In this document: positions 45,614-55,075 of the stretch, in pieces
Layout of the letters: every line of letters begins with the position of its first letter
Position numbering within the stretch: the stretch's first letter is position 1
From: Polyangiaceae bacterium
GTDB lineage: Bacteria > Myxococcota_A > Polyangia > Polyangiales > Polyangiaceae
NCBI GenBank assembly: GCA_050287085.1
Contig: JBNKBE010000019.1
Location: 1-59,028 of the forward strand
Length of the DNA: 59,028 nt
Direction of reading: 5' to 3'
Position numbers and translations under genes: made by a program
The notes under the pieces: generated by a model
What the model was told of the DNA's origin: nothing
The model's input: the letters and a program-made list of their open reading frames with translations, nothing else
Databases searched by the model: none

Positions 45614-47119
45614 CTACGGCTCGATGACTTCGATGCTCACGCTAACGCCCATGTCGGGGTAGGTATAGCCGTCATCTACCGGTTGGACCTTGCCGTCCTC
45701 GTCCGTGCCAATATTCGTGCCGCCCTGGCGCGGTGCCTGTTCATCGCCAACACCTGGGGCCTGATTGACCTCGGTGCCCGCGTCCCACAACATCAGACCT
45801 TCGAGTTCACCTTCTACGGGCATATCCTCCTGATCGAAGAGAGCAACACCTTCCGGACCAAAGGCGAAGAACAGATCGTTGCTCTGGACGAACATGGTGG
45901 CCAACGAAAGCCTGTCACCAGGAGTCGCCGAAAACTCGAACTCGTAGCTGTGTCCGGGCAGCAACGGCCCAGCTTCGTCTCCGCCATCGGGCTTCGCGAA
46001 GACGCCCCGCGCAGAACCAACATCGCTTAGACTCTCTAGCAGCGACATTGGGCTGCCATCCTCCGCCAATGACTCAAGGCCGTCGCCGCGATCCGCCTCG
46101 CCATCCGAGAACAGCGGTTCGTCACCACTGTGGACCACAAAGACGCCTGGAGCCAAGGGGCTGACTACTCCGGTCATCTCTTCAGCAGTTGCAAAGAGGG
46201 CGGCGGGATTGCCGTCCTCAGCTAGGGGCTCCAGGCCTTCCGGGGCTTCCTTGCCGGCCTCGAACAACATCGCCTCAGAACCGACAACCCACGTACCCGG
46301 CGCAAAAGGAACAGCCGTCGGATCGCCCGCGGCGGGCATCAACGTATCGTCAGTCGAAACATTGGTGATCGTTAGCGTGAAGTGCGAGCCCTCTGCAGCC
46401 AACGTAACGCTGATCATCTCGTCCAAGGTGGGGAGCCCATCGGGGTCTACCAGCCGCACCTCCACAGCGGGATCGGCGTCCCCCACATCGATCCCCCCCT
46501 GCCGGGGTGCTTGATTCGGGCCTGCACCGGGCTCCTCATCAGCCTCGGTGCCCGCGTCCCAGAGGGCAAAGAGCGACGTCACGTCGCCCGTCATGGGCGT
46601 CCCCTCATCGTCGTACAATGCGATGCCCATGGGGTCCATGGCTGCCGCAAACCAATCGTTGCTCTGAACCATCATCGTCGCGAAGTTGAGACGATGGCCC
46701 GGCGCAGCGTCAAACGAGAACGCGTAGCTATCCCCTGGGAGGAGCGGCCCCGGTGCATCAGCCCCGTCTGGGGTGTTGAACACGCCGGACGCCATGAAGG
46801 GCTTGGCGGGGATCTCGTTGCTGACGGTCACGCGAAAGCGCGTCTCGGTGGCCCCAGTCGTGTCGTCGCCAGTCGTGTCGTCCCCGGTCGTGTCGTCCCC
46901 GGTCGTATCGTCGCCAGTCGTGTCGTCCCCGGTCGTGTCGTCCCCGGTCGTATCGTCGCCAGTCGTATCGTCGCCAGTCGTATCGTCCCCGGTCGTGTCG
47001 TCCCCGGTCGTGTCGTCGTCTGCGACGGTCTCAGCTTTCTCGTCGGAATCGTCACTGCTGCAGGCCAGCGCCAACGTGGAAGCAAGCGCCCCCACACCTA
47101 GTATTCTTGCAATAAGCAT
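45614..47119 (-). CDS. Lipoprotein with two spondin_N-like domains and a (DDTTG)11 linker
   Basis: GGAGGAG RBS; lipobox ALAC; two copies of PLLPG.SY.F.F.A.PG.RL..ATM.VQSND.F...WDAGTE..Q.PRQ. Confidence 0.92.
   Translation of the reverse strand: MLIARILGVGALASTLALACSSDDSDEKAETVADDDTTGDDTTGDDTTGDDTTGDDTTGDDTTGDDTTGDDTTGDDTTGDDTTGDDTTGATETRFRVTVSNEIPAKPFMASGVFNTPDGADAPGPLLPGDSYAFSFDAAPGHRLNFATMMVQSNDWFAAAMDPMGIALYDDEGTPMTGDVTSLFALWDAGTEADEEPGAGPNQAPRQGGIDVGDADPAVEVRLVDPDGLPTLDEMISVTLAAEGSHFTLTITNVSTDDTLMPAAGDPTAVPFAPGTWVVGSEAMLFEAGKEAPEGLEPLAEDGNPAALFATAEEMTGVVSPLAPGVFVVHSGDEPLFSDGEADRGDGLESLAEDGSPMSLLESLSDVGSARGVFAKPDGGDEAGPLLPGHSYEFEFSATPGDRLSLATMFVQSNDLFFAFGPEGVALFDQEDMPVEGELEGLMLWDAGTEVNQAPGVGDEQAPRQGGTNIGTDEDGKVQPVDDGYTYPDMGVSVSIEVIEP
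46853..47017 (-). repeat. 15-bp coding tandem repeat, 11 copies (DDTTG)
   Basis: Directly visible; only synonymous variation. Confidence 0.97.
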
Positions 47120-47172
47120 CTATTCTCCTCCGGATTCGGGGTTAACGCACGGCCTCGCCGTACGCCCCCTGG

Positions 47173-47248
47173 TAGGGCTTATCGCGTCGGTTGGTTACAG
47201 CAGTCGCAAGATTTCGTGGCGCTACGCGGGACTCCAACGACCGGTTAC
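47173..47248 (-). promoter_or_regulatory. Two tandem ECF-type promoter motifs GTAACC-N16-CGTA and GTAACC-N16-CCTA upstream of the spondin gene
   Basis: Motifs at 47223-47248 and 47173-47198 with exact 16-nt spacers; resemble the SigF/NrsF-type consensus GTAACC-N16-CGAA. Confidence 0.7.
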
Positions 47249-48120
47249 CGATTCTCGCGCATTCTTATTCGCTGCCAGATCTCCGCTCCAGCCACGACTA
47301 GGGCAACCCCAAGGAGCACCCCCCCGTGCCCCACCACCAGATGTCCTCGATGGGTGAGAGGGCAATGCAACTGCAGCGCGAATAGTGCGATCGCCGTCGT
47401 CCCAACGACCACGGCCCAACGCCCGCGCCCCCACGCCAACCAATGACCCAGCACGGCGCTCGCTGCCGCCGCACCCGTTCCCCAGAGAAGGCAGGACACA
47501 GCTCGGGGAGCAAAATCATGCTCCCGCCCGAGGAGCGATAGGGGATGCGGCGACTCGGCTTCCGGCAACACCCCCAATAGGAGAAGCAAAAGCGCAGCGC
47601 CCACCGGTCCCGCCACTCCGTCTCGCACGCGGGGTTCCGGCCGGTACAAGGGCTGGACGACGCGTCGAAGGAAGAAGAGGGTAAAGGCCGCCGCGAAGGC
47701 GAGCACGAGGGCCATCCGCAATCGGGGATAGACGGCCCAATCTACGCGATGCCGAACAAGCCCCATGGTCACTGGAACTATGAGCGTTAGAGCCAGGACA
47801 CTCCGCCGCCGTGACGTGCTCCAGCCGTCAAAGGCCCGTCTGCTTTCGGTGGCTATCAGCGCCCCCAGACTCATTGGAGAGCCCGCAGCGGAGTCAAAGA
47901 CGTGATCCATCAAGGCGAGCGACGGCCCGCCGCCCCTCGCCGTCGCGCCTGAGAGCTCGACCCCTGCGTCAAGGGGCTCAAACGCACCAAGGGGCTCAAA
48001 CAATGCGGAGCAGGCCGGGCACACCTGCAAGTGCGCGCGCACGTCGGCCCGGACGAGCCAATTGTCGTCTTGGTCCTCAGCCATAGCGCGTAGTTCGTCG
48101 CAGTCCACAGTCTTTGTCAT
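47245..48120 (-). CDS. Membrane anti-sigma factor (zinc-finger HxxxCxxC plus NrsF/DUF1109-like TM domain)
   Basis: HLQVCPAC; about 6 TM segments; SCLLWG and LHCP...HL.VGH. Confidence 0.82.
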   Translation of the reverse strand: MTKTVDCDELRAMAEDQDDNWLVRADVRAHLQVCPACSALFEPLGAFEPLDAGVELSGATARGGGPSLALMDHVFDSAAGSPMSLGALIATESRRAFDGWSTSRRRSVLALTLIVPVTMGLVRHRVDWAVYPRLRMALVLAFAAAFTLFFLRRVVQPLYRPEPRVRDGVAGPVGAALLLLLLGVLPEAESPHPLSLLGREHDFAPRAVSCLLWGTGAAAASAVLGHWLAWGRGRWAVVVGTTAIALFALQLHCPLTHRGHLVVGHGGVLLGVALVVAGAEIWQRIRMRENR

Positions 48121-48710
48121 ATGCCGCCGCCTGGGGTTCGGTTACCGCCTTTTGTAGGGGTAGTGCCTGGTGAAACTCGGTCCTCCAACACTTTCCGCAG
48201 TCGCCCGTAGCCGCGGTGGGCCCGCACTTTGGCCGCGCTCAAGCTGATCCCGAGAATCGTCGCCACGTCGCCCAGCGGAACCCCCGCCAGCCAATGCAGC
48301 GCTATCACGTCACGCTCCGCCTCCGGGACGCGGCCGAGCGCATACTCCAAGACCAGCCGTGCATGGGTTCGGGGCTCCTCGTCAGCCCCAGAAGTTACCT
48401 CAGGCTCAAACGCGACCTGAATCCGGCCCCGACCACGCCGCAGGTATTGGCGCTTCAGGTTAAGAGCGATGGTGTAGATCCAGGGGCGCAGGGTTCCGTC
48501 CACGCGAAAATCGGCTCGATGACGGTGAAGCTGAAGAAACGTCTGTTGGACCAGATCGCGTGCGTCGTCCCGAGCAATCCCGCGCTCCAGCACGCGTTGT
48601 AGGGGCCGAGCATAGCGACGGAAAAGGGCGTCGAACGCCGAATGGTCTCCCGCCATGTACGCGAGCATGAGCTCCTCGTCGCTCCTCCCATCTTCGGCTG
48701 GTGCCGTCAC
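48117..48710 (-). CDS. ECF RNA polymerase sigma factor
   Basis: SDEELM..Y..GD..AF..LF.RY; DLVQQTFL; WIYTIA.N; AAKVRAHRG. Confidence 0.95.
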   Translation of the reverse strand: MTAPAEDGRSDEELMLAYMAGDHSAFDALFRRYARPLQRVLERGIARDDARDLVQQTFLQLHRHRADFRVDGTLRPWIYTIALNLKRQYLRRGRGRIQVAFEPEVTSGADEEPRTHARLVLEYALGRVPEAERDVIALHWLAGVPLGDVATILGISLSAAKVRAHRGYGRLRKVLEDRVSPGTTPTKGGNRTPGGGI

Positions 48711-48992
48711 GACCCTGGATCTACGCCAGAGTGGCCCAGCATTCCAAACAGAGAAGGCAACACTCCCCCCCGCTCCACTCGAGCCCGGTTCCTCGACCGG
48801 CCACTGACATCAGCCCCGCGGGTGTGCCCAGGTAGAATCGGTGCGCCTCGGTTTGCCGACAGCCTCCCACTGCTCCTCACTCACGGTCGCTTCGTGCGGC
48901 AATCTTGGGCGCCGCTGCAAAGAGGACGCCGCTCCAATGACAAAGAACAAGATCGCTGAGCCTCAACACCCCGATGAGGGTTCATCCCAGGA

Positions 48993-50753
48993 GTGAGTTC
49001 AACAAGCCAGAGCGCGTTCAAACCTGCGGGCGGGACCACCAAGCAGACCCCAAGCAACCTCAGGACCTCTTGCCGGAGAAGAGCCCACCGCATCGCCGTA
49101 CCGCTCCTCGGCGCGATTGTGGCAGCGTGCGGCGGGCAGCCTAGCGCTCGTAACGACGATGCAGACGCCGGAGCCGCGACTGCTGGCTCTCTCAGTGAAG
49201 CGAAGGACGACGCCACCGCGCCCCCGAACACGCCCAGCCAGCCAAGGGGTGAAACGCGGATTGCACGGCTCACCCATCATCAATACGACAACAGCGTTGC
49301 CGACTTGCTCTATCTATCCGACGTAGCGCCCTCCGCTGCCTTTCTGCCCGACCCCACCTTTGGTGGCTACAACAATGGCAAGAACACACTGCAGGTGGCC
49401 AATCGATTGGGACGCGACTATCGGCGTGCCGCGGAAAGCCTGGCCCAGCAGGTTGTCTCTAGCGATGAGGCGATGGCTCAACTGGTGCCGTGTAGCCAAG
49501 ACGCCGCTAATTGCGAAGTTGAGTTCATCCAAGACTTTGGTCTACGTGCGTTTCGGCGGCCGCTCACCGACTCCGAGGTGACGCGCTACCACGAACTATT
49601 CCGACAGGGCAGCGCGCTGGTCGCAACGGGGAATGCCTTCGCCGATGGGGTTCGTGTCGTAGTTGAGGCTATGCTGCAATCACCGAAGTTCTTGTACCGT
49701 GCAGAACTCAGCGACGACAGCAACGCTCCGATCGCGCTGAACGGGTATGAATTAGCGCAGCGCCTATCCTACGCTCTCTGGAACACCACCCCTGACGCGA
49801 GCTTGCTGCAAGCGGCCCGCGCCGGAACGCTGGGCGACGCTTCCGAGCTCAAGCGCGCCGCGGCCCGTATGCTCGACAATGCCCAAGCGCACGATCCGGT
49901 GCGTGACTTTCACTCACAGTGGCTGCGCCTGTCCCGCACTCATGACTTGCAGCGCGATGAATTATCGTTTCCGCTATTCGATAGTCACCTCCCGCTCGAA
50001 GAGGAAACGTTGGCATTTGTCGAACACGTGGTCTTCGACCTGGAGGCGGGCTACGACACGCTCATGACGGGCTCGTTTTCGTTTCTCAACGAGGACCTAG
50101 CGCGTCTCTACGGAGTCGAAGGGGTATCCGGTCAAGAGCTAAGAAAAGTTGACCTAGACTCTGGGACTCGTCGCGGTCTGTTAACCCAACTTGGGTTCCT
50201 GGCATCGAACGCATACCCCAGCGACACGTCGCCCATTCATCGCGGCGTATTCATCCACCGCCAGCTGCTCTGCAACGATATCCCAGATCCGCCTCCGGGC
50301 CTGAACATCAGCGCAAGTGAGGTCGACAACCCGCGCACGACCCGGGAAGCCGTGGAGCAGCAAACAAGCGGAGAAGCCTGCTCCGCATGCCACTCTCTGA
50401 TCAACCCGCCAGGATTCGCATTTGAAGGCTACGACGCCGCAGGTCAGCTGCGAGAGACCGACCGAGGCAACCCCATCAACACCCGCGGCTCGTTTGTTCT
50501 CGACGGAGAGGTCGTCGAGTTCGAAGGCGCACTGGACCTGATTGACGCCATCGCGGACAGTCAGCAAGCACGGCGTTGCCTCGCTACCAACCTGCTTCGA
50601 TACACGCTCGGCCGGGACGAGCGGAGCACCGACGCGCCCCTGCTCACGTCGCTTGCTGACTCAATGAAGGACAACAACTTCGGAATCAAGGCAGCGCTCC
50701 TGAGCTTGGTTCAGAGCCAGACGTTCCTGACCCGCCCCGCCAACGAGGACTGA
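48993..50753 (+). CDS. DUF1587/1595/1592/1588/1585 multidomain lipoprotein
   Basis: RLT..QYDNSV.DL; RAFRRPL; LQSPKFLYR; RLSY.LW; SPIHRG; CSACH; start uncertain. Confidence 0.92.
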   Translation: MSSTSQSAFKPAGGTTKQTPSNLRTSCRRRAHRIAVPLLGAIVAACGGQPSARNDDADAGAATAGSLSEAKDDATAPPNTPSQPRGETRIARLTHHQYDNSVADLLYLSDVAPSAAFLPDPTFGGYNNGKNTLQVANRLGRDYRRAAESLAQQVVSSDEAMAQLVPCSQDAANCEVEFIQDFGLRAFRRPLTDSEVTRYHELFRQGSALVATGNAFADGVRVVVEAMLQSPKFLYRAELSDDSNAPIALNGYELAQRLSYALWNTTPDASLLQAARAGTLGDASELKRAAARMLDNAQAHDPVRDFHSQWLRLSRTHDLQRDELSFPLFDSHLPLEEETLAFVEHVVFDLEAGYDTLMTGSFSFLNEDLARLYGVEGVSGQELRKVDLDSGTRRGLLTQLGFLASNAYPSDTSPIHRGVFIHRQLLCNDIPDPPPGLNISASEVDNPRTTREAVEQQTSGEACSACHSLINPPGFAFEGYDAAGQLRETDRGNPINTRGSFVLDGEVVEFEGALDLIDAIADSQQARRCLATNLLRYTLGRDERSTDAPLLTSLADSMKDNNFGIKAALLSLVQSQTFLTRPANED

Positions 50754-50756
50754 GCC

Positions 50757-52220
50757 ATGCCGAAACGAACCCGATCTCTTCAACGACGGACCTTCCTGCG
50801 AGGTGCCGGAGGTGCCTGCCTGGCGCTGCCATTCCTCGATAGTTTGGCTCCGTCCAGAGCCCTAGCTCAAAGCAACAAGCGCCGTTTTGCCGTGTTCTTC
50901 ACCTGCAACGGTGTAGACATGGATCGCTTCTTTCCCACGGGCGACTTCGGCGCCCTCTCGACCACCAAACTGCAAGGCACTGCACTTGCCCCGCTTTCCG
51001 CACACGTCGGCTCCCTGCTGATACCGCGCGGCACGTATCAAGTGCCCATCGGCTTCGGTCGGGAGGGCAACGGCTGCGACCATCGCAAGGGCATGGGCAC
51101 GAAGCTCACCGCGCAGAATCTCTCAGGTGACGAGGACAACTACGCACTGGGGCCCAGTATCGATCAGATCATAGCGCGCGAGCTCAATCCAAGCTCACCG
51201 GACCCGCTCACGCTCTTTGTCGGGAGGCGAAGCAGCGGCGTCCTCAACCATATCTCATATCGCGAGGCGCGCACTCCGGTGGCGGGAGAGAACAACCCGT
51301 GGCTGGCCTACCGCGACTTCATCGGAATGGGGCTCGGAACAGAAGCGGACGCAAGCGGCGAAGCGGCGCTCCGCCTGGTGCAGCGTCGCCAAAGTATCTT
51401 GGATGTCGTCGAAGACGACTTCGACGACTTCAAGCTTGCAGCGCTCGGCCGTTCCGATCGAGAGAAGCTGGATCTTCACTTCTCTAGCATTCGCGACCTT
51501 GAAGTCACCATGACAACGCAGCCGGTGAGCGCGCTGGGGTGTTCACTTGCAGAGGCTACGGAAATGCAGCTCTCCGGCTTGACGCCGGAAGCCGTGGAGT
51601 CCGAATCCAACTACAAGCTAGTGGGTGAACTGTCCCTCGAGGTGATGGCACTCGCCCTCGCCTGCAACCACAAGCAGGTCGCAACCATTCAATGGGGGAG
51701 CGGAGCTGGAGGCCCAGTATTCCAGTGGGATGGAATGAACCACGAGGTGAACCACCATAAGTTGAGCCACGGAGCCTTCTTCGACGATTGCTTTCCGGGG
51801 GATGAACGCGAGAAGTGTCAGGCCCAACCCGAAAACTGGAAAGATCGCCTCTTCGAAATAGATACCTGGCACGCGGGGCGCTTCGCGATGCTACTGGATC
51901 GACTTAGCGCCTACTCCGAAGAAGATGGCACCGTGCTCGACAACAGCGTCATCGTCTGGGCAAACGAGCTCTCGGACGGACTGGCGCATCACTTCGCAAA
52001 CCTGCCCTGGATAGTAGCGGGTAGTGGTGGGGGATACCTGAAGCAGGGTCAACACGTGGACCTGACGCGCGGAGGGGATCTATACGACTTCGGCGACGCG
52101 GGGATCCCTCACAATCGCTTATTGCTGACGTTTCTCAACGCGCTAGGCCTCGAGCGTGAAGAATTCGGGGACCCGGAGTTCATGCGCAGCCAGGGCGAAA
52201 TCACCGAATTGAAAGCCTGA
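50757..52220 (+). CDS. DUF1552 family protein with Tat signal
   Basis: RRTFLRGAG..LALPFL; SIDQ.IA; HH.LSH; E.DGT.LDNS; LP.IVAG. Confidence 0.93.
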   Translation: MPKRTRSLQRRTFLRGAGGACLALPFLDSLAPSRALAQSNKRRFAVFFTCNGVDMDRFFPTGDFGALSTTKLQGTALAPLSAHVGSLLIPRGTYQVPIGFGREGNGCDHRKGMGTKLTAQNLSGDEDNYALGPSIDQIIARELNPSSPDPLTLFVGRRSSGVLNHISYREARTPVAGENNPWLAYRDFIGMGLGTEADASGEAALRLVQRRQSILDVVEDDFDDFKLAALGRSDREKLDLHFSSIRDLEVTMTTQPVSALGCSLAEATEMQLSGLTPEAVESESNYKLVGELSLEVMALALACNHKQVATIQWGSGAGGPVFQWDGMNHEVNHHKLSHGAFFDDCFPGDEREKCQAQPENWKDRLFEIDTWHAGRFAMLLDRLSAYSEEDGTVLDNSVIVWANELSDGLAHHFANLPWIVAGSGGGYLKQGQHVDLTRGGDLYDFGDAGIPHNRLLLTFLNALGLEREEFGDPEFMRSQGEITELKA

Positions 52221-52240
52221 ACCAACGCCGTTCTCTTGCC

Positions 52241-52340
52241 CTCACCATCACAATCGAAGCCCCACCGCTACAATCGAAGCCCCACCACTACAATCGAAGC
52301 CCCACCACTACAATCGAAGCCCCACCACTACAATCGAAGA
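52241..52340. repeat. 20-bp tandem repeat, 5 copies (CCCACCACTACAATCGAAGC)
   Basis: Directly visible; the last copy overlaps the stop codon of the convergent gene. Confidence 0.95.
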
Positions 52341-54973
52341 TAGTGACTTATCTTGAGCAGGAACACGTCCGACGGCTCGTGACGCCACAGCTGCAGCAGA
52401 TCGGCTCCGAGATTCAAGATCCCATCCCCACGGGTGTCTTGCTGCTGAGCCCGTGACCACACGCTGTAGAATGTAGCTCCAGGCGCGTAGTCCCAGCGTA
52501 ACACTACGTTGGAACGCAGCTGGGCAAACTCATAGCTTGGGTCTGCGTCCGTCTCCGTGCTTCTACGCCTCTCACCCAAGGTCTCGGCTTTCGGCCGCGT
52601 CACTTCGTAGAACCCCGCGTAGCGCCCAGCCGTAAGGAATGGGGCCATGTAGACGTCCAGCGTGAGCCCGAGCGCCAAGGTCCAAGTGGCCCGGAGCGTG
52701 AGTGAGTAGACCTCGTTGCTCAGATCACCGAGGATATACGCAGGCTGACTGCGCGAAGCATCGGTCTTGACGTATTGCAGCTTCGAGCGCTGAGCCTCGA
52801 CAACCGGACCCAAGCTCACCGTCAGCGACGGTATGGGCCGTACCGTCGCTGTTAACGCCACGCGACCCAAGCGGAGCGACCGCTCATCACCGAGCTGTCC
52901 ATTTCCAGCCAACTTGATCTGCAATGGCTGTCGAGCGTCGGTCTCGAGGCCCAGCCATCCGCCCGTGAGCCCCGGCTTGAGAAACGAGGGACCGCCGCGC
53001 AGGAGACGCGAGTCGAGGGCCGCCGCGCGCCGATCGGCGCCGACCCAAGCCGCCCAGTTGTGGCGAAGATTGAGCGTGAACTGACTCCAATAGCCGGCGC
53101 TGGTGAGTTCGGCGCCCCAATTTTCCTCCGCCCATCCGCCCACCTGCACCTGAGCCAATTGATACCAATCCGTCGGTCTATCAAAGCGGTAGATCGCCCC
53201 AAGCTCGCCTTTGATCTGGTCGGCCGCGAGCATGAATCCGAGATCGTTCGTATTCAAACGCGGGCTACGAATCTGCCCACCCCAATACGCCCGCAAGGGC
53301 GAGCCGTCGTACTTGCCGCCCTGCATACCCAAACCGAATCCGCTGAGGCGTCGCGCCTGCGGATCGTATTGGGTGTATGAGGCACCAGCCCGATTCAGAT
53401 TGTTGACGGACGAGCGCTGCACCGCGTCAATAGCCTGCGCAGTGCCCCACAACGACGATCCCAGCAAGAGCCCCTTCAGACCCCAATCACCGAAACGCAG
53501 ATCGAGGTCGCTCGCTGCCGTGGCTGCCGTGTCAACGCGGGGGTTGGAGGGAAGAGGTCTGCCCACGCGTTGTACCCAGGTTGCAACACCGCCGATCTGA
53601 CCCACGCCACCCTGAAGCTCCCGACGCACCCGCGCGACGCTGAATGTGGCCGGCCGCAAGACAGCCTCTTCGACCGAGTGTCCGTCAAGGTCATAGTGCG
53701 CCGTCACCCCGCCGGAAACCGCGCTCAATACAGAATAAGAAGTGCCGTCATGAGTGCGGCCCAACCACTTGGCCGCGCCCAGAATACGCGTCGCGGGTAT
53801 CGTGGCGGCTTGTGCAGCGCTCGGTAGCGCAACGGAAGGCGTCTGACCGATGCGCCGCGAGTAGTAGAGTTGCTCGTTGCCGGAGTTCGGAAACCCAAGC
53901 TCCAAGACGAAGTTCTCAGCGCCGTCGAGGAAGAACTGACGACGTTCGGTCTGTTGGATCTCATACGCCGTCAGATTCAGCTGACTCGGATCCTGCTCAA
54001 CCTGACCAAAATCGGGCAGCGCCGTCAGATGCAAAGTGGAATCTGGAGATGGGTTGAAGCGCAGATCTCCCCCAGCACGGTGCTCTGGCTGCCATCCGCC
54101 GCGACCCGTGCCCAGGCCAACAAGCGCGTATGGTCGTAGTGCAATAGCCCGCCGGTCAACAGCGGGCCACACCCCCCTGAGCTCCGCGAGGTGGAGCAAA
54201 GGACGCGCCGCCGCTTTCGGAACCGGATTGAGCGAACTCACCTCGTTGGTGCGCGCCTGGCGGCGTATCACCTGAAAGCCCCAGGTCCGAGCTTGGCCGT
54301 CGTAGCGTAGCTCCGAAAATGGGATACGAAACTCCGCAACCCATCCCCGCTCCGTCCGGGTCACGGCACTTTGCCACACCGCGTTCCAATGGGTGTCGAG
54401 CAGCTCTCCACTGCGCGAAGCACGGGCGTCCTGCTGAACGCCCGCCGCACTCAACGCAAAACGATAACCCGTCTGCCCGTCGTTCTGCGGATTCAACCAC
54501 AACTCAATCCAATCCGACGGCGCATCCTGGTCCCGCTGGGTCAACATGGCACGGACTCCGCCCGGCTCTTCGTCGCTCGCCTCCACGAGTACGTATAGGG
54601 CATTGGGATCGGTTGCCACCCGAACAGAAGTGGGATCCGCCGGCGTAGCTCCGTCGAATGGATAGCTCTGAACAAAACCGCTATTTCGTTCTGCCCGTCG
54701 CCAAGTCAACTCATCCGCGCGTCCATCGACGAAGATGCGCTCCTCAAGCCATCGAGCCTGCACAACGCGGCGCCCTGCGGAGGCGCTCGCCTCAAGAGAG
54801 GGCGCTGCGATCAGTATCCCCAAAGCCGCAACCTGGGCAACGCGGCAAGCTCGCCACGCTCGTATATGAGAACGCCAGACAGCCAAGAGCCAGCAATAGC
54901 ACGCCGCTCGGAGGGCATCTCGAGTGATCGTCCTGTGAGACGACCGCCGTAGCCCGACATGCATCGCTGACAT
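52328..54973 (-). CDS. CBM9-like plus DUF5916 outer-membrane protein
   Basis: VDGR.DE..W; W.AEFRIPFSELRY; PDFGQVE.D; E.RQFF.DG; YSRRIG; C-terminal beta strands; start probably downstream of 54973. Confidence 0.9.
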   Translation of the reverse strand: MSAMHVGLRRSSHRTITRDALRAACYCWLLAVWRSHIRAWRACRVAQVAALGILIAAPSLEASASAGRRVVQARWLEERIFVDGRADELTWRRAERNSGFVQSYPFDGATPADPTSVRVATDPNALYVLVEASDEEPGGVRAMLTQRDQDAPSDWIELWLNPQNDGQTGYRFALSAAGVQQDARASRSGELLDTHWNAVWQSAVTRTERGWVAEFRIPFSELRYDGQARTWGFQVIRRQARTNEVSSLNPVPKAAARPLLHLAELRGVWPAVDRRAIALRPYALVGLGTGRGGWQPEHRAGGDLRFNPSPDSTLHLTALPDFGQVEQDPSQLNLTAYEIQQTERRQFFLDGAENFVLELGFPNSGNEQLYYSRRIGQTPSVALPSAAQAATIPATRILGAAKWLGRTHDGTSYSVLSAVSGGVTAHYDLDGHSVEEAVLRPATFSVARVRRELQGGVGQIGGVATWVQRVGRPLPSNPRVDTAATAASDLDLRFGDWGLKGLLLGSSLWGTAQAIDAVQRSSVNNLNRAGASYTQYDPQARRLSGFGLGMQGGKYDGSPLRAYWGGQIRSPRLNTNDLGFMLAADQIKGELGAIYRFDRPTDWYQLAQVQVGGWAEENWGAELTSAGYWSQFTLNLRHNWAAWVGADRRAAALDSRLLRGGPSFLKPGLTGGWLGLETDARQPLQIKLAGNGQLGDERSLRLGRVALTATVRPIPSLTVSLGPVVEAQRSKLQYVKTDASRSQPAYILGDLSNEVYSLTLRATWTLALGLTLDVYMAPFLTAGRYAGFYEVTRPKAETLGERRRSTETDADPSYEFAQLRSNVVLRWDYAPGATFYSVWSRAQQQDTRGDGILNLGADLLQLWRHEPSDVFLLKISHYLRL

Positions 54974-55075
54974 GTTACTTTCAGGCCGTATGTGCGTCTA
55001 GCACCCGCGCAACAGACCTCGCAGGCCGGCCCGCTTTCGTGGTATGCGCGAGCGCACAGAAACACGGGTCACGGC

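Noticed and set aside
52241..52340. Possible CRISPR array (also considered for 34852-34914)
   Set aside because: Units are contiguous with no unique spacers, are only 15-20 bp, and no cas genes are present.
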